A DNA stretch of 64,000 bases from Phycisphaerales bacterium. Its GTDB lineage: Bacteria; Planctomycetota; Phycisphaerae; SM23-33. The translations under genes were made by a program, and so were the position numbers. Under the pieces are notes generated by a model. The model saw only the letters and a list, made by a program, of their open reading frames with translations. It did no database searches and was not told the origin of the DNA. The DNA is taken from positions 148,238 to 212,237 of the forward strand of contig JABGPZ010000069.1 of the NCBI GenBank assembly GCA_018644725.1. Reading direction: 5' to 3'. This document shows positions 1-13,018 of this stretch, one piece after another; the first letter of the stretch is position 1, and the number at the start of each line of letters is the position of its first letter.

Positions 1-6
1 ACGCGC

Positions 7-819
7 ATGGGCGGGCCTGGCTTCCGTTGGGCGATGGAAACCTATTCGCGAAAGGGAGTTAAGACGGTCAACGGCAAGGCTGTCCCCGCTGCCAAGGCCG
101 TAACGAAAAAAGTCCCCACTGGCGGCAAGGCGATCAATCTGGACGAAAAGAACAACGGGAAGACTGTGGCCGCGCAGGTGGGCGACACGATTCTCATCAA
201 ACTCGATTCGAACCCTTCGACGGGCTACGGCTGGAAACAGGGCGACCAGCCGAAGGGCTCGGCCGTCGAATTCAAGTCGAAGAAGTTCCTCACGGCCTCG
301 CAGATGAACTCGGAGATGCGCCCCATGCCCGGCCAGGGTGGCGCGACAACGTTTACCTATCTCGTCGTCAAGCCCGGCAAAGTCAAAATCGACCTGAACT
401 ATAGGCGGCCTTGGGAAAAGACCAAACCCGCCGCCAAGACGGTTCAGGTAACGATTGACGCGAAGAAGGCCGTCGTCGATGGCCCGGCGGTCACTGGTAA
501 GCTCGTATTCAGTACGCCGCCGGACGTGAAGAAAATCAGCCGTATCGTTGTAGAGATCCGCAACGTAGCACTGATGGATGGCCCGGCGCCGTTGATCGGC
601 CAGGTCGAACTCAAGGGCCCGTTCACGCTGCCGGTGAAATTCGCGATCCCCTATGACGCGTCGAAGGTTCGGCCAAACCCGAGGTTCTATGCCCTCAGCG
701 CCCGGGTCTACACCGAAGCCGGCGGCAAAGAGAAGCTGTATTTCATCAACGACACGCGCCACAGCATCCTCACGAAAGCGGGGGACACGGCCAAGGACAT
801 CAAGGTCAAAAAGTTGTGA
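7..819 (+). CDS. Chagasin-like protease inhibitor I42 domain fused to YbaY-like domain (5' end may lie before the window)
   Basis: NPSTGYGW, GxGG and YRRPWE motifs typical of I42; C-terminal part (VALMDGPA...PVKFAIPYD...YALSARV...LYFIND) resembles YbaY lipoproteins; no signal peptide visible, so possibly truncated. Confidence 0.75.
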   Translation: MGGPGFRWAMETYSRKGVKTVNGKAVPAAKAVTKKVPTGGKAINLDEKNNGKTVAAQVGDTILIKLDSNPSTGYGWKQGDQPKGSAVEFKSKKFLTASQMNSEMRPMPGQGGATTFTYLVVKPGKVKIDLNYRRPWEKTKPAAKTVQVTIDAKKAVVDGPAVTGKLVFSTPPDVKKISRIVVEIRNVALMDGPAPLIGQVELKGPFTLPVKFAIPYDASKVRPNPRFYALSARVYTEAGGKEKLYFINDTRHSILTKAGDTAKDIKVKKL

Positions 820-857
820 TAGCGGACAATGGGCTTCCTGCCCGAAAAACCGAACGC

Positions 858-896
858 AAAACAGGTGGTTCCCGCAAGGGGTTGCCTGTTTTTTTT
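858..896 (+). terminator. Rho-independent terminator
   Basis: aaaacagg...cctgtttttttt hairpin with GCAA loop after the CDS. Confidence 0.65.
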
Positions 897-980
897 GATT
901 GGAGAAGGTTGTTTAAGGCCCCATAAATAGAGGGCGATATGGTGCTGTTGAAAAAAGTGGAAAAAAAGGGGCCAAAGGCC

Positions 981-1008
981 TTGACTTATTTCTCTAGTTG
1001 AGTATGAT
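981..1008 (+). promoter_or_regulatory. Sigma70-type promoter for tRNA-Ile/tRNA-Ala
   Basis: TTGACT-16 bp-TATGAT with upstream A-tracts (UP-element-like). Confidence 0.7.
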
Positions 1009-1055
1009 TCTCCTCCCTGCCAGCAAGGGCAGGAACGCTAACACACAGATTCATC

Positions 1056-1129
<74 letters not shown>

Positions 1130-1177
1130 TACGGCAAGGCTGAAACGTCTTCGGATGGTTCCAGCCAACCCCATACT

Positions 1178-1250
1178 GGGGGCGTAGCTCAATTGGGAGA
1201 GCACCTGCTTTGCAAGCAGGATGTTGCAGGTTCGAGTCCTGTCGCCTCCA
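1178..1250 (+). tRNA. tRNA-Ala(TGC)
   Basis: GGGGGCG/CGCCTCC acceptor stem with G3:U70, anticodon loop TTTGCAA, TTCGAGT T-loop. Confidence 0.97.
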
Positions 1251-1354
1251 TGAAAACTCTATCGCGCTAGACCCCTGTTTACAGGGTGATTTGCACGAGA
1301 GCATGACTTTGAAAAAGAAAAGTTGGAAAACTTCACTTTTTTGAAAGAAAGCAC

Positions 1355-1383
1355 TTGCAAGAGACAGAGCGAACGGCTATATT
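1355..1383 (+). promoter_or_regulatory. Putative rRNA promoter P1 upstream of 23S
   Basis: TTGCAA-17 bp-TATATT, GC-rich discriminator, A-tracts upstream. Confidence 0.6.
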
Positions 1384-1470
1384 CTCCGCCCCGATGCGAA
1401 ACCGCAACGGAGCGAACAAGCGTCATCTGAGTGACGCGAAAAGAAAACTTCGAAAAAACGAAAAAAGAGC

Positions 1471-1499
1471 TTGCAACTTAGCGAGCGAATCAGTAAGAT
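1471..1499 (+). promoter_or_regulatory. Putative rRNA promoter P2 upstream of 23S
   Basis: TTGCAA-17 bp-TAAGAT preceded by A-tracts. Confidence 0.6.
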
Positions 1500-1646
1500 G
1501 TTTCACCCTTCGCTGATAACTCCGCGAAGGGAACACATAACCGACGAGCCGCAAGGGTTCGTGTAAGAAGCTGATTGACAATAGCATAGGATTAGAGAAC
1601 GTTCGAATTTCCAAAGAATTTGAACCGAGAACCAAATAAACGAGCG

Positions 1647-1692
1647 TTGAACACGTGCAAGCGTGTTCGATTGAACGCGCGCAAGCGTGTTC
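1647..1692 (+). repeat. Tandem pair of GCAA-loop hairpins in the 23S leader
   Basis: ttgaacacgtgcaagcgtgttc (1647-1668) and ttgaacgcgcgcaagcgtgttc (1671-1692). Confidence 0.7.
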
Positions 1693-1770
1693 TAAAATGA
1701 ATCGATACAACTCTTATTATGAATGGCAGCTTGACTTGAAGCGGTCCGGAAACGGGCTTGCGACAAATGT

Positions 1771-4641
<2,871 letters not shown>

Positions 4642-4850
4642 ACATTTGTCGTGTGCCCCCGGGCATACTGCTGCTGATCAAAATAAGACAATTTCGATTC
4701 AAGAGCTCGTTTTCTCATCTCTAATCCTATGCTTTTCATATTCATGTCAAGTCCCAAATGCATCCGAATACCGGGTGACTTTGATCCTTCGGGAAATGGA
4801 CTTGATGTAAAAATTTCTGAATGTTGTGCGACAGCGCAACATTCGGTTTG

Positions 4851-4955
4851 CCGGTGATGATACGTTAGGGGAAACACCTGTTCCCATACCGAACACAGAA
4901 GTGAAGTCCTAACGGCCGATGGTACTGCGATCGCGGGAGAGTAGGTGATCGCCGG
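4851..4955 (+). rRNA. rrf: 5S ribosomal RNA (short form)
   Basis: CCGGTGAT...CCCATACCGAACAC...GATGGTACT...GAGAGTAGGT...ATCGCCGG; ends approximate. Confidence 0.95.
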
Positions 4956-4962
4956 TTTATAT

Positions 4963-5002
4963 GGAGCCTTTGGAGGGTAACCCCTTCGAGGCTCCTTTTT
5001 TT
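4963..5002 (+). terminator. rRNA operon terminator
   Basis: ggagcc...ggctcc stem followed by T7. Confidence 0.85.
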
Positions 5003-5455
5003 ATGCGCACTGGATTGGGGGAATCTTGCGGTCTTGTTGCTGCTTGCAACTTCGTCTGTCTTCGTCATGCTCATTCAAAAGCCCATAAAGGGCTTCTTCA
5101 CTCGCCTTCCTTGCCAGTCTTGTTTCGCCAACGCAGAACCCTCGCAATCTTCCCCCAACCCAGTGCGCGTTGCGCGGTTCCGAGCGCCAGAGGTCTTGGG
5201 GCAGCCAGGGGAGGAAGATTGGGGAAAAGAGAAAGAGGAGAAAGGGGAAAGAGAAAGAGGGAAATGGAGGGAAGGTGTCAGAAATAGATGATCTGTAGAT
5301 TAAGATGCGAATTCACAGATTTAGTGCATTGAATTCGAATGCTGTTTTGTTACAATTTGTTGCCTCGATACTCCTTATGCAAATTCAGAATTTGCCCGAA
5401 GATGGAGTATTGCGATATCACTTGATTTTCCACCTACCCCAAAAAGGAGTTCCTC

Positions 5456-6394
5456 ATGTCCAAGCGTCCAAAAATTACCGTTCGCGCAATGCAGCCATCC
5501 GACCGCGCCGAAGTGGCCGAGCTGATTTGCGTGTCGACGAACTACTGGTTCCAGATGAACGGCAACCCGGCCGTGTTCCCCGACGGCCCCAACAGTACGT
5601 CAATTTATTTTGATGTCTATGAAACCCTCGATGCCGGAGAGAATCTCGTCGCAGTCAACGAAGACAATGGCTGCTTGGCGGGGTCGGTGTTCTTGCACCC
5701 GCGCGAAACCCACATCTCGCTGGGGATCATGAACGTTCACCCGAACTACTTCGGCTGCGGCGTCGCCAGTTCCATGCTCCGCGAAGCTACCAAGCGTGCC
5801 GACGAAGCGGGCAAGCCCATGCGCTTGGTCTCCAGTGGCCGCAATACCGACTCGTTCTCGCTCTACAACCGCGTCGGGTTTGTCCCGCGCGTCCTGTTCC
5901 AGGGCATGTGGCTCACCGTTCCCGAAACCGGGCTGGACGCGACGGCCGACGGCCAAGAGTTCGTTCGCGAGGCGACGCTGGACGATGTAGACGCGATGGT
6001 CGCTGTTGAGTTTGAAGTCGCCGGAATCAAACGGCCGAATGACATCCGCTATTTCATTGAAAACGTTCACGAGTGCTGGCATGTGTCGGTCTATGAAGAT
6101 GCTGCGGGCGCCATCCAAGGCTTCGCCGTTTCTTGCGAACATCCCGGCTGCCGGATGGTCGGGCCGTGCGCGTCCCGCACCGAAGCTCAGGCCGCTGCGC
6201 TCATGTTGACTGAACTCCAGCTTCGAAAAGGCCTTACGATGGCCTACATGCTTCCAGTTGCATGTGAAGAGCTGGTGAAAACCTCCTACAGCTGGGGCGC
6301 GAAAAACTATGAAGTCGCTCTCGGCCAGGTCCGCGGCGAGTACCAGCCGATGAACGGTGTCAGCGTTCCCACGTTCCTGCCCGAAACCGGCTAA
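5456..6394 (+). CDS. GNAT family N-acetyltransferase (tandem GNAT-like domains)
   Basis: VHPNYFGCGVAS acetyl-CoA-binding motif A, SLYNRVGF motif, second VREATLDD repeat; RBS AAGGAG. Confidence 0.85.
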   Translation: MSKRPKITVRAMQPSDRAEVAELICVSTNYWFQMNGNPAVFPDGPNSTSIYFDVYETLDAGENLVAVNEDNGCLAGSVFLHPRETHISLGIMNVHPNYFGCGVASSMLREATKRADEAGKPMRLVSSGRNTDSFSLYNRVGFVPRVLFQGMWLTVPETGLDATADGQEFVREATLDDVDAMVAVEFEVAGIKRPNDIRYFIENVHECWHVSVYEDAAGAIQGFAVSCEHPGCRMVGPCASRTEAQAAALMLTELQLRKGLTMAYMLPVACEELVKTSYSWGAKNYEVALGQVRGEYQPMNGVSVPTFLPETG

Positions 6395-6417
6395 AACGTC
6401 CTCCGAATTGTAGACAT

Positions 6418-6452
6418 AAAAAAGCCCGGCAGAATTTTCTGTCGGGCTTTTT
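6418..6452. terminator. Bidirectional terminator
   Basis: A6-gcccggcaga...tctgtcgggc-T5 between convergent genes. Confidence 0.85.
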
Positions 6453-6475
6453 GTGTGTGATGGGCAGGGTTGTCG

Positions 6476-8164
6476 TTAGCGCTTGTTGACCCAGATCGGG
6501 CTCGACCAAGCGTACTGTTCGTTGGCCTGGACAACGCGGACGTAGTACCAGTCGTCCTGTTTGCCGTCGCCGGTGTCGTCCACGGTGAAGTTCGTTCGCC
6601 AGTGGTCGGCAAAGGTCAGGCGGTGCAGCATTGCCGACTCCTTGGGGAAGTCGCCGCTGAAGAACATGTCGTTGCTTTCAGCCAACTCGGCGAACGTTTT
6701 GGTCATGGTCACCTTGGTCGGCAGGGTGGTTTTGATGGTGACTTTGGTCTCGGGGCTGGCCTGGAGTTTCATGACCATTGCCTTGGTCGAGATGTCCTCG
6801 AATTGCTGGCGCAGTGCGGTGAACGAGCGAATGTGAACGCCGGTGGCCGTTTGCTTGACCACTTCGTCGAGACGTTTTTCTTCCAACGGGCCAGACTGGA
6901 AGCACGGAAGCGCTTCGAGAATTTTGCCACCTTCGAAGAAGATCTCGAAATCCCAATCGCATACGCGGGTCATGTCCAGTGCCGGCCAGGGGCCCCAGCC
7001 ATATTCAAACCGGAAGATCACCGGCTCGTTCCAGCATTGGGCGGAGGGCTCGCGGTCCATGGGGAAATTGCGCGCGATCACGCGGTTGTTCTTGAGAAGC
7101 TCGACGCGGTCGACCTGGTCCCAGCCTTCCACGGACATTTCGAGTTTGCGTTTTCGCGTGTAGTCCAGCTCTTGTCCCATCGGCCGATCGTTGCAGTGGA
7201 ACTTCATCTTGATCCGGTCGCCGCTGACGGCGTAGCATCGGCGGTTGCGCAGTGCGTCGAGGATTGCCTCGGGCGTCAGCTCGTCGGCGATAATCGCAGC
7301 GAGCCCTTCGCGATAGCCACCCGGGAAACCGAGGTGGTCGTCGGTGCTGGCGACCACGCCCATGCGATGCCCGTTCTTGAGGAAATGTTGCAGGGTATTT
7401 TGCGTCCAGCGGCTTCCTTCGGTGTGGCGGACATAGGGCGAGGGCGCGCGGTCATGTTCGGCATTGCCCCACTCCGAGAACATTTCCAGCACGGGCGAGA
7501 CTTCGGGGTCGCGCTTTGAAATGTCCAGGCCGCGGTGGCCGATCTTGTTGGCGGGGTGGTGGGGGATCAGCAGCGCACCTTTGGATTTCGCAAACTTCTG
7601 AAACTCTTTGAGAGTCTTGGAGCGCGTATACTCGGCGACTTTGGTGTTCGGGAAAATGATGTGGTAGTCACCGCAGTGGGTGGAGTGCCATTCAAAGCCC
7701 GCCATGGCGACAAACTTACCCGGCTTGTTGAAGCGGTTGACAAGTCGGAGAACCTCGGGGTATTGCTTGTTGACGACGTTAAAACCGTTGAGCCATTTCC
7801 GTTCGATGTTGTTCTCGTAGGTGCCGATGTCGGGCCACCAGCCGTGGGGAGTGGAGGCGAAAAAGTCGAGGTGGCTGCGCGCAATTTTGAAGGAGCGCTC
7901 CAGCGAGCCTCTCGCATAGCCGCACTCGGTGTGGTTGTGGAAATCGCCGAAGAAGATGCTGCTGTTTTTGAACATCGAGTCTTTGGAGCTAGCGCTTCGG
8001 ACGGTGCTGGCGGCGAGGCCTTGGTCTGCACTGGAGCAACCAATCGACGAGCCGAGCAAACCGGCCGCACCCAATGCTCCAACCGATTGAAGAAGTTGGC
8101 GGCGGGTCGGGGCGGGCGAGTCGTTGCGTTTCGGTTTACGGGGTTGTGAATCGGATTCCGACAT
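6476..8164 (-). CDS. Tat-exported PHP-fold metallohydrolase (DUF3604/CehA-McbA-like)
   Basis: TRRQLL Tat motif and SIGC possible lipobox; GDFHNH, GFEW, PHHP, STDDH metal-binding motifs; YYVRV...AWSSPIW C-terminus. Confidence 0.8.
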   Translation of the reverse strand: MSESDSQPRKPKRNDSPAPTRRQLLQSVGALGAAGLLGSSIGCSSADQGLAASTVRSASSKDSMFKNSSIFFGDFHNHTECGYARGSLERSFKIARSHLDFFASTPHGWWPDIGTYENNIERKWLNGFNVVNKQYPEVLRLVNRFNKPGKFVAMAGFEWHSTHCGDYHIIFPNTKVAEYTRSKTLKEFQKFAKSKGALLIPHHPANKIGHRGLDISKRDPEVSPVLEMFSEWGNAEHDRAPSPYVRHTEGSRWTQNTLQHFLKNGHRMGVVASTDDHLGFPGGYREGLAAIIADELTPEAILDALRNRRCYAVSGDRIKMKFHCNDRPMGQELDYTRKRKLEMSVEGWDQVDRVELLKNNRVIARNFPMDREPSAQCWNEPVIFRFEYGWGPWPALDMTRVCDWDFEIFFEGGKILEALPCFQSGPLEEKRLDEVVKQTATGVHIRSFTALRQQFEDISTKAMVMKLQASPETKVTIKTTLPTKVTMTKTFAELAESNDMFFSGDFPKESAMLHRLTFADHWRTNFTVDDTGDGKQDDWYYVRVVQANEQYAWSSPIWVNKR

Positions 8165-8299
8165 GGCGTCTCCTTTGAGGAAAAGGGAATAATGTTCTTG
8201 AATATGACCCTGTTGCAGATCTTGGATTTTCGATATTACGCGATTCCGTGGATCAATACAAGGGGGAGAATTCCTAAAATCAGGTCGAAATTAGAAGTT

Positions 8300-8332
8300 A
8301 AAAAAAGACACAGGAACATGGGCTCCTGTGTC
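8300..8332 (-). terminator. Terminator downstream of the GH20 gene
   Basis: gacacagga/tcctgtgtc stem with adjacent A7 (U-tract on minus strand). Confidence 0.6.
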
Positions 8333-8380
8333 CGTTGTATTTGGGGTGGTTTCTTATTCTTCGGATTTGGGAGTAGCGGG

Positions 8381-9967
8381 TTATTTGGCGGCTTTTTTCT
8401 TCCTGGTTTTGCGGGGGACTGTTTTTTTCGCGGGTTTGAGTTTCTCGGTGTATCCTTCGGGGAGGATCGTCGGCCCGTCGGATTCTTCCGCCCGGCCAGA
8501 GACGTAGCCGTTGGCTTTGAGCCAGGGCTTTTGCGCGTCGGCGAGTTTCTGCATGTCCTCCAGGCTTGCCGCTGGTTTACCGTGCCACATCAACTCCGAC
8601 ATCGCAAAGATCCGCGGGAAGGTGCGGATGTCGAGGAATGCCTGCATGAGGTTGCCGTCGGTCCAGAGGCTCGCGCCCATGCCGAGGATCAGCTTGCGTT
8701 GTTCGTCGGTAATTTTGTCACTCATGCCGATGGCGGCGGGGTTTTCCGTGTAGCACTTGGCCATGCCGAATGTGCGCCCCTTGCCGTAGACGCTGTAGGG
8801 TGAGATGGGGAAGTTGAGGTAGGTGTAGTTGTTGGGATTGAGGATCACTTCGCGCCCCATCTCCAGCGCCTTGAAGACCATGCGGTCTTTTCGCGCGCGG
8901 TAGTTCCACCAGTTGACCACGACGTTGTCGGCGAGTTTCGGCCCGCCATTTTTGGCGATGACGTCGTCCCAGCAGATTGCTTTTCGGCCGCGGGCTTTGA
9001 GAATCGCGGCGATGCGGTTGGTGAAGTGGATCTGCAACTCGTGCATATTCTTGAGGTTGTGCTTCTTGAGGAGCGCCTGGCAGGAGGGGCATTGGTCCCA
9101 GTGTGCTTTTGGTGCTTCGTCGCCGCCGGTGTGGATGTAGGGCGAGTTGGGGAACAGGTCGCACACTTCGTTGAGGATCGAGGCGAGGAATTTGTAGTTG
9201 TCGGCCTCGGCTTTGCCCGCGCAGACGATGGGATTCATGCGTGTTTTTTTGTCGGTGGCCTTGGGGTCGACGGTGCCCTTGCAGGAAAATTCGGGATAGC
9301 TCGCCATCAGCGCAAAAGCGTGGCCGGGGAGATCGATCTCGGGGACGATGGTGATGTGGCGCGCTTTGGCATAGGCGACGACCTCGCGGATTTCAGCCTG
9401 CGTGTAGAACCCCTGTTGCTCTTTGCCCGTGGAGACCTTCGATCCGATTTCGGTGAGCTTGGGCTGGGACTTGATTTCGATGCGCCAGCCGTCGGACTCG
9501 GTGAGGTGCCAGTGGAAAATATTGAGTTTGTAGCGCGCCATCCAGTCGAGGGTTTTCTTGAGGTGCGCGATGGTTTGGTACTGCCGGCCGGAGTCGAGCA
9601 TGAAGCTGCGCCAGCGGTAGGTCGGCTCGTCGGTGATGGTTTGACAGGCGATGGTGCGCTTGCCGGCTTTGTCGGTCTCGACGAGCTGCAGGAGCGATTG
9701 CGTCGCCCAGAACACGCCCGTATCGCTCCCGCCGGTAATGGTGATCGCCTTGGGTGTGATCGAAAGCGTGTAGGCTTCTGCGGCGAGGGTTTTGTCGACG
9801 GTCGCCTTGGCAATCTTGGCAACGTCAGCCTGGGCAGGGATGGTGAAGCGGCCTTCACTCATCACGACCGATTTGGGCGTGGGCAAAATTTTGGCAGAAG
9901 ACAGAGATGCCAGTGTAGCAGAACTCAGCAGGAGCAAGGCGAGGAGGGGGAGGGCGATTCGGCGCAT
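8381..9967 (-). CDS. Beta-N-acetylhexosaminidase, GH20 family
   Basis: Signal peptide; WRSFMLDSGR, FHWHLTE, PEIDLPGH, catalytic HTGGDE; Lys-rich C-terminal tail. Confidence 0.92.
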   Translation of the reverse strand: MRRIALPLLALLLLSSATLASLSSAKILPTPKSVVMSEGRFTIPAQADVAKIAKATVDKTLAAEAYTLSITPKAITITGGSDTGVFWATQSLLQLVETDKAGKRTIACQTITDEPTYRWRSFMLDSGRQYQTIAHLKKTLDWMARYKLNIFHWHLTESDGWRIEIKSQPKLTEIGSKVSTGKEQQGFYTQAEIREVVAYAKARHITIVPEIDLPGHAFALMASYPEFSCKGTVDPKATDKKTRMNPIVCAGKAEADNYKFLASILNEVCDLFPNSPYIHTGGDEAPKAHWDQCPSCQALLKKHNLKNMHELQIHFTNRIAAILKARGRKAICWDDVIAKNGGPKLADNVVVNWWNYRARKDRMVFKALEMGREVILNPNNYTYLNFPISPYSVYGKGRTFGMAKCYTENPAAIGMSDKITDEQRKLILGMGASLWTDGNLMQAFLDIRTFPRIFAMSELMWHGKPAASLEDMQKLADAQKPWLKANGYVSGRAEESDGPTILPEGYTEKLKPAKKTVPRKTRKKKAAK

Positions 9968-10322
9968 GGGATTGTCTTTCTGGCAAAGGCGTTGAGGGCG
10001 GCGCAGGGTCGCCCATTTGGATTGGTGTCTGACAGTATAATGCAGACGAGAGGCGATTGTTCCAATTTTCGGATAATTATTTCGTTGGCGAATGAAAATA
10101 ACTCACCGATGGGCGAGGCGTGTGAGTCTTCGGAGAGGCCGATTTTGGAGGGACTATCAAGAGAATCTGTTGTTTTTCAATTTTGAAGGGAGATTTTTGC
10201 GGATTGAGTGTTTATTATGAGAAGAGCGATTATACCTGTGTCCCTTCGACGCCCGATGTGGGTTCGTTGTCAAAGCGGCGCAGGTCCTTCGCGAGGTGGA
10301 TATACTGTAACGGAGAGACTCG

Positions 10323-12362
10323 ATGAAATGGATGAACTCATTCCGACGTGGCTTGTTGTTGACGGCATTGTTGCTTTGTATGCTGTCGGTCTCGCTATTC
10401 GCAGCTCCGCCCAAGGCCGCCAAGACCGCCAAGGACGCTCCCAAAAAAACACCCACCGCACCCGCCGCACCCGTCGCGAAGGGTCGTCCGGAAGTGACGC
10501 CGCCGCCGATTTCGGGAATTCCCGCGCCGGATGATTTGGTTGGCCGTGCCGATGCCCGCAAGGCGCGTGTCGCAGAGCTTCTCGAGGGGAAGCTGGTCGT
10601 GAAACTCATGGGCCTGTTCGAGGACAAGAAGTATGACGAGGCCAAGACGGTCGCGATGCAACTGATCCGCCTCAGCCCCAAAAACGGCACGCATTGGTAC
10701 AATCTGGCGTGCATCTATTCCCGCCTGGACAAAGCGCCCAGCGCATTCAAGTGCCTCCGCCGCGCGGTGGATCTTGGGTATGATGGCATCCGCCACATGG
10801 AGCGTGACGAAGACCTCCGCTCGCTGCGTGACACGAAAGAGTTTTCCGAAATCGTTTCGATGCGCGACGAAATTCACCGCAAACGCGCCGAGCGAATCGA
10901 AGCGGACCTTCGCAAGAAATATGGCGAGGATTATCTCATTGAGGTGGATCACGAAAACAAGCTGGTCTTCGCGACGAACATCGACCGCCAGACCCTCGAC
11001 GCTCTCAAAAGCCAGCTCACCCAGCGCGCCCAAATGATGTGGAAGGTGATGTTCCGCAATCGGTTCGAGCGCTATGTGACGGTGATTATTCCCAAGACCA
11101 AAAGTTCCGAAGACATGGGGGATATCGGCGGGTACTACAATCCCAGCACCAGCGTGCTTGTTGCGCGCCAGCTGGGAATGGTGATGCGTCACGAGTTCAC
11201 CCACGCGCTGCACTTTGCGGACATCGAAGGCCGCGAGGGCAAGGGCATGCACCCGATCTGGGTAGCGGAGGGGCTCGCGACGCTGTGCGAAGGATCGACG
11301 TTCGACGCCAAGGGCAAGCTGGTCCCGGGCAACTCGGAGCGCTTGCACCATTTGCGTCCCTATCTCAAAAGGTACAAGTCGGGCGTGCTCCTGAAAATTA
11401 TGAAACTCAGCCATGGCGATTTTATGCGTAGCCCGGGCTTCCACTATTCTGCGTCGCGGTTCATGATGGCCTATCTGCATCATCACGGCAAGTTGCGCGA
11501 GTGGTATGACACGTTCCGCACTGCCTATCCGGATGAAGATAAGACCGGCCAAAAGACGTGGGAAAAAGTGTTCGGCAAACCGATTGAGACGATTGAGGTC
11601 GAGTGGCGCACCTGGCTGATTTTGCAACATGCGCCGAAGATGACCATCGGCGCGAACGGGCCGTTCATGGGCCTCGGAACCGATCAGGAGGTCGACGGGC
11701 TGAAGATTACCCGAGTGGTTTCCGAGTCCTCTGCGGCCAAGGCTGGCCTGCGGGTTGGCGATGTACTCGTGGGGCTTGCGGGCCAGACGATCTATGATCA
11801 GATGGATATGACGGCCGTATTGCTGGCACATGAGGTGGGCGATACGATTGCAATTCGCTTCCGCCGCGGGAAGAAATATAATGACGGCAAGCTGACGTTG
11901 ATGGCCCGTCCGGCCTCATATAGCGATCCGCGTGTCCCGCCGCACCCCGCCGCCGACAAGCCGTATGTGGGCCTCGCTACGGACTCTGTCGGAAACAAAC
12001 TGACAATTACGCGCGTCGTTCCCAAGAGTTCCGCCGCGAAGGCGGGGCTGAAGGTGGGGGACGTTCTTGTCAGATTTGGCGGCAAGGCCGTGTCCACCAC
12101 GGCAGAGGTGAAGGCTGCGCTCGCCAAGCACAAAGTGGGTGAGACGATTGCCGTTTCATATCGCCGCGGCAAGGAAACCATCAACGCGAAGATGAAACTT
12201 CTGGCGCACCCCGATGCGCCCAAAAGAAAACTCAAACCAGACAAGCCAACCGCTACTCCCAAGCCGCCAGCCGCGAAACCCGCGATGAGGCCAGTCAATC
12301 CACCCACCAAACCCAAGCCCCCGGCTGAGGTCAAAGCAGAGCCCGTCCTGGAGCACGTGTAG
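10323..12362 (+). CDS. Secreted TPR + HEXXH zinc-peptidase-like + two PDZ domain protein
   Basis: Signal peptide; WYNLACIYS TPR; HEFTH with downstream WVAEGLA; two GL...ITRVVxxSSAAKAGLxVGDVL PDZ repeats. Confidence 0.8.
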   Translation: MKWMNSFRRGLLLTALLLCMLSVSLFAAPPKAAKTAKDAPKKTPTAPAAPVAKGRPEVTPPPISGIPAPDDLVGRADARKARVAELLEGKLVVKLMGLFEDKKYDEAKTVAMQLIRLSPKNGTHWYNLACIYSRLDKAPSAFKCLRRAVDLGYDGIRHMERDEDLRSLRDTKEFSEIVSMRDEIHRKRAERIEADLRKKYGEDYLIEVDHENKLVFATNIDRQTLDALKSQLTQRAQMMWKVMFRNRFERYVTVIIPKTKSSEDMGDIGGYYNPSTSVLVARQLGMVMRHEFTHALHFADIEGREGKGMHPIWVAEGLATLCEGSTFDAKGKLVPGNSERLHHLRPYLKRYKSGVLLKIMKLSHGDFMRSPGFHYSASRFMMAYLHHHGKLREWYDTFRTAYPDEDKTGQKTWEKVFGKPIETIEVEWRTWLILQHAPKMTIGANGPFMGLGTDQEVDGLKITRVVSESSAAKAGLRVGDVLVGLAGQTIYDQMDMTAVLLAHEVGDTIAIRFRRGKKYNDGKLTLMARPASYSDPRVPPHPAADKPYVGLATDSVGNKLTITRVVPKSSAAKAGLKVGDVLVRFGGKAVSTTAEVKAALAKHKVGETIAVSYRRGKETINAKMKLLAHPDAPKRKLKPDKPTATPKPPAAKPAMRPVNPPTKPKPPAEVKAEPVLEHV

Positions 12363-12370
12363 AGACCATG

Positions 12371-12403
12371 AAAAAACCCGAGCAAATGCCCGGGCTTTTT
12401 TTT
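12371..12403. terminator. Bidirectional terminator
   Basis: A6-cccgagca...tgcccggg-c-T9. Confidence 0.7.
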
Positions 12404-12416
12404 TGTGGTTGTGGAA

Positions 12417-12707
12417 TCAGCGTACGCCGAAGAGGCGTTGGGCGGCGCGAAGGGAGCAGGACTGATATTTCGCATAGGCCGCTGCCGCCGCTTGGCGGAT
12501 CTCCGGTTCGGGTTGATTGTTGGCCCAGGCGCGCAGGGACGCGTCGAGGATGTACGCCTCGGGGGCCATGTTGCTGAAGGTGCTCGTGATCAGCTTGCAG
12601 CGGAGTTCCCCCAGCAACGGCCGAAAGTACCGATCCGACTGGCAGGCGAAAATGATTGCGGGCGTGATGAATTTCGCTTTGGGCAGCGGGCCAATCTTCG
12701 TATCCAT
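12417..12707 (-). CDS. Hypothetical protein (96 aa, start MDTKIGPLPK)
   Basis: GC3-biased ORF ending just before a terminator; CACAAT -10 box 6 nt upstream of ATG; the longer ORF-track start lies inside a REP. Confidence 0.55.
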   Translation of the reverse strand: MDTKIGPLPKAKFITPAIIFACQSDRYFRPLLGELRCKLITSTFSNMAPEAYILDASLRAWANNQPEPEIRQAAAAAYAKYQSCSLRAAQRLFGVR

Positions 12708-12803
12708 CAGACCATTGTGGCCGACGAAGCAGAGCGTCTCGGCAGAATGACCAAGGGGAAATGTATGGTGAATGGGTTTGTACCCGAAGGAAAATTCTTC
12801 CTT

Positions 12804-12959
12804 GTAGGGGCACGGCATGCCGTGCCCATGTTTCTTCGTATTTTTCTTGTAGGGGCGAAAAATCTTTCGCCCAATCTGTTTTCTATTTTGTGGGGGTTTC
12901 GCTTATGGCGTTTTTGTGTTTTTGCATGTTTCGCAGGGCACGGCATGCCGTGCCCCTAC
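12804..12959. repeat. Cluster of GTAG-type REP elements
   Basis: gtaggggcacggcatgccgtgccc (12804-12827), exact inverted copy (12936-12959), variant gtaggggcgaaaaatctttcgccc (12849-12872). Confidence 0.85.
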
Positions 12960-12981
12960 AGGATAGAATGCCTTTCCAGAA

Positions 12982-13018
12982 CACAAAGAAGCCCGAGCGT
13001 GTGCCCGGGCTTCTTGTG
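12982..13018. terminator. Terminator-like hairpin downstream of the sugar isomerase gene
   Basis: aagaagcccgagc...gcccgggcttctt stem. Confidence 0.55.

Noticed and set aside
5205..5280. Purine-rich tract with a short direct repeat after the rRNA terminator (similar tract near 46800-46900)
   Set aside because: Low complexity with no conserved unit or structure that supports a functional call
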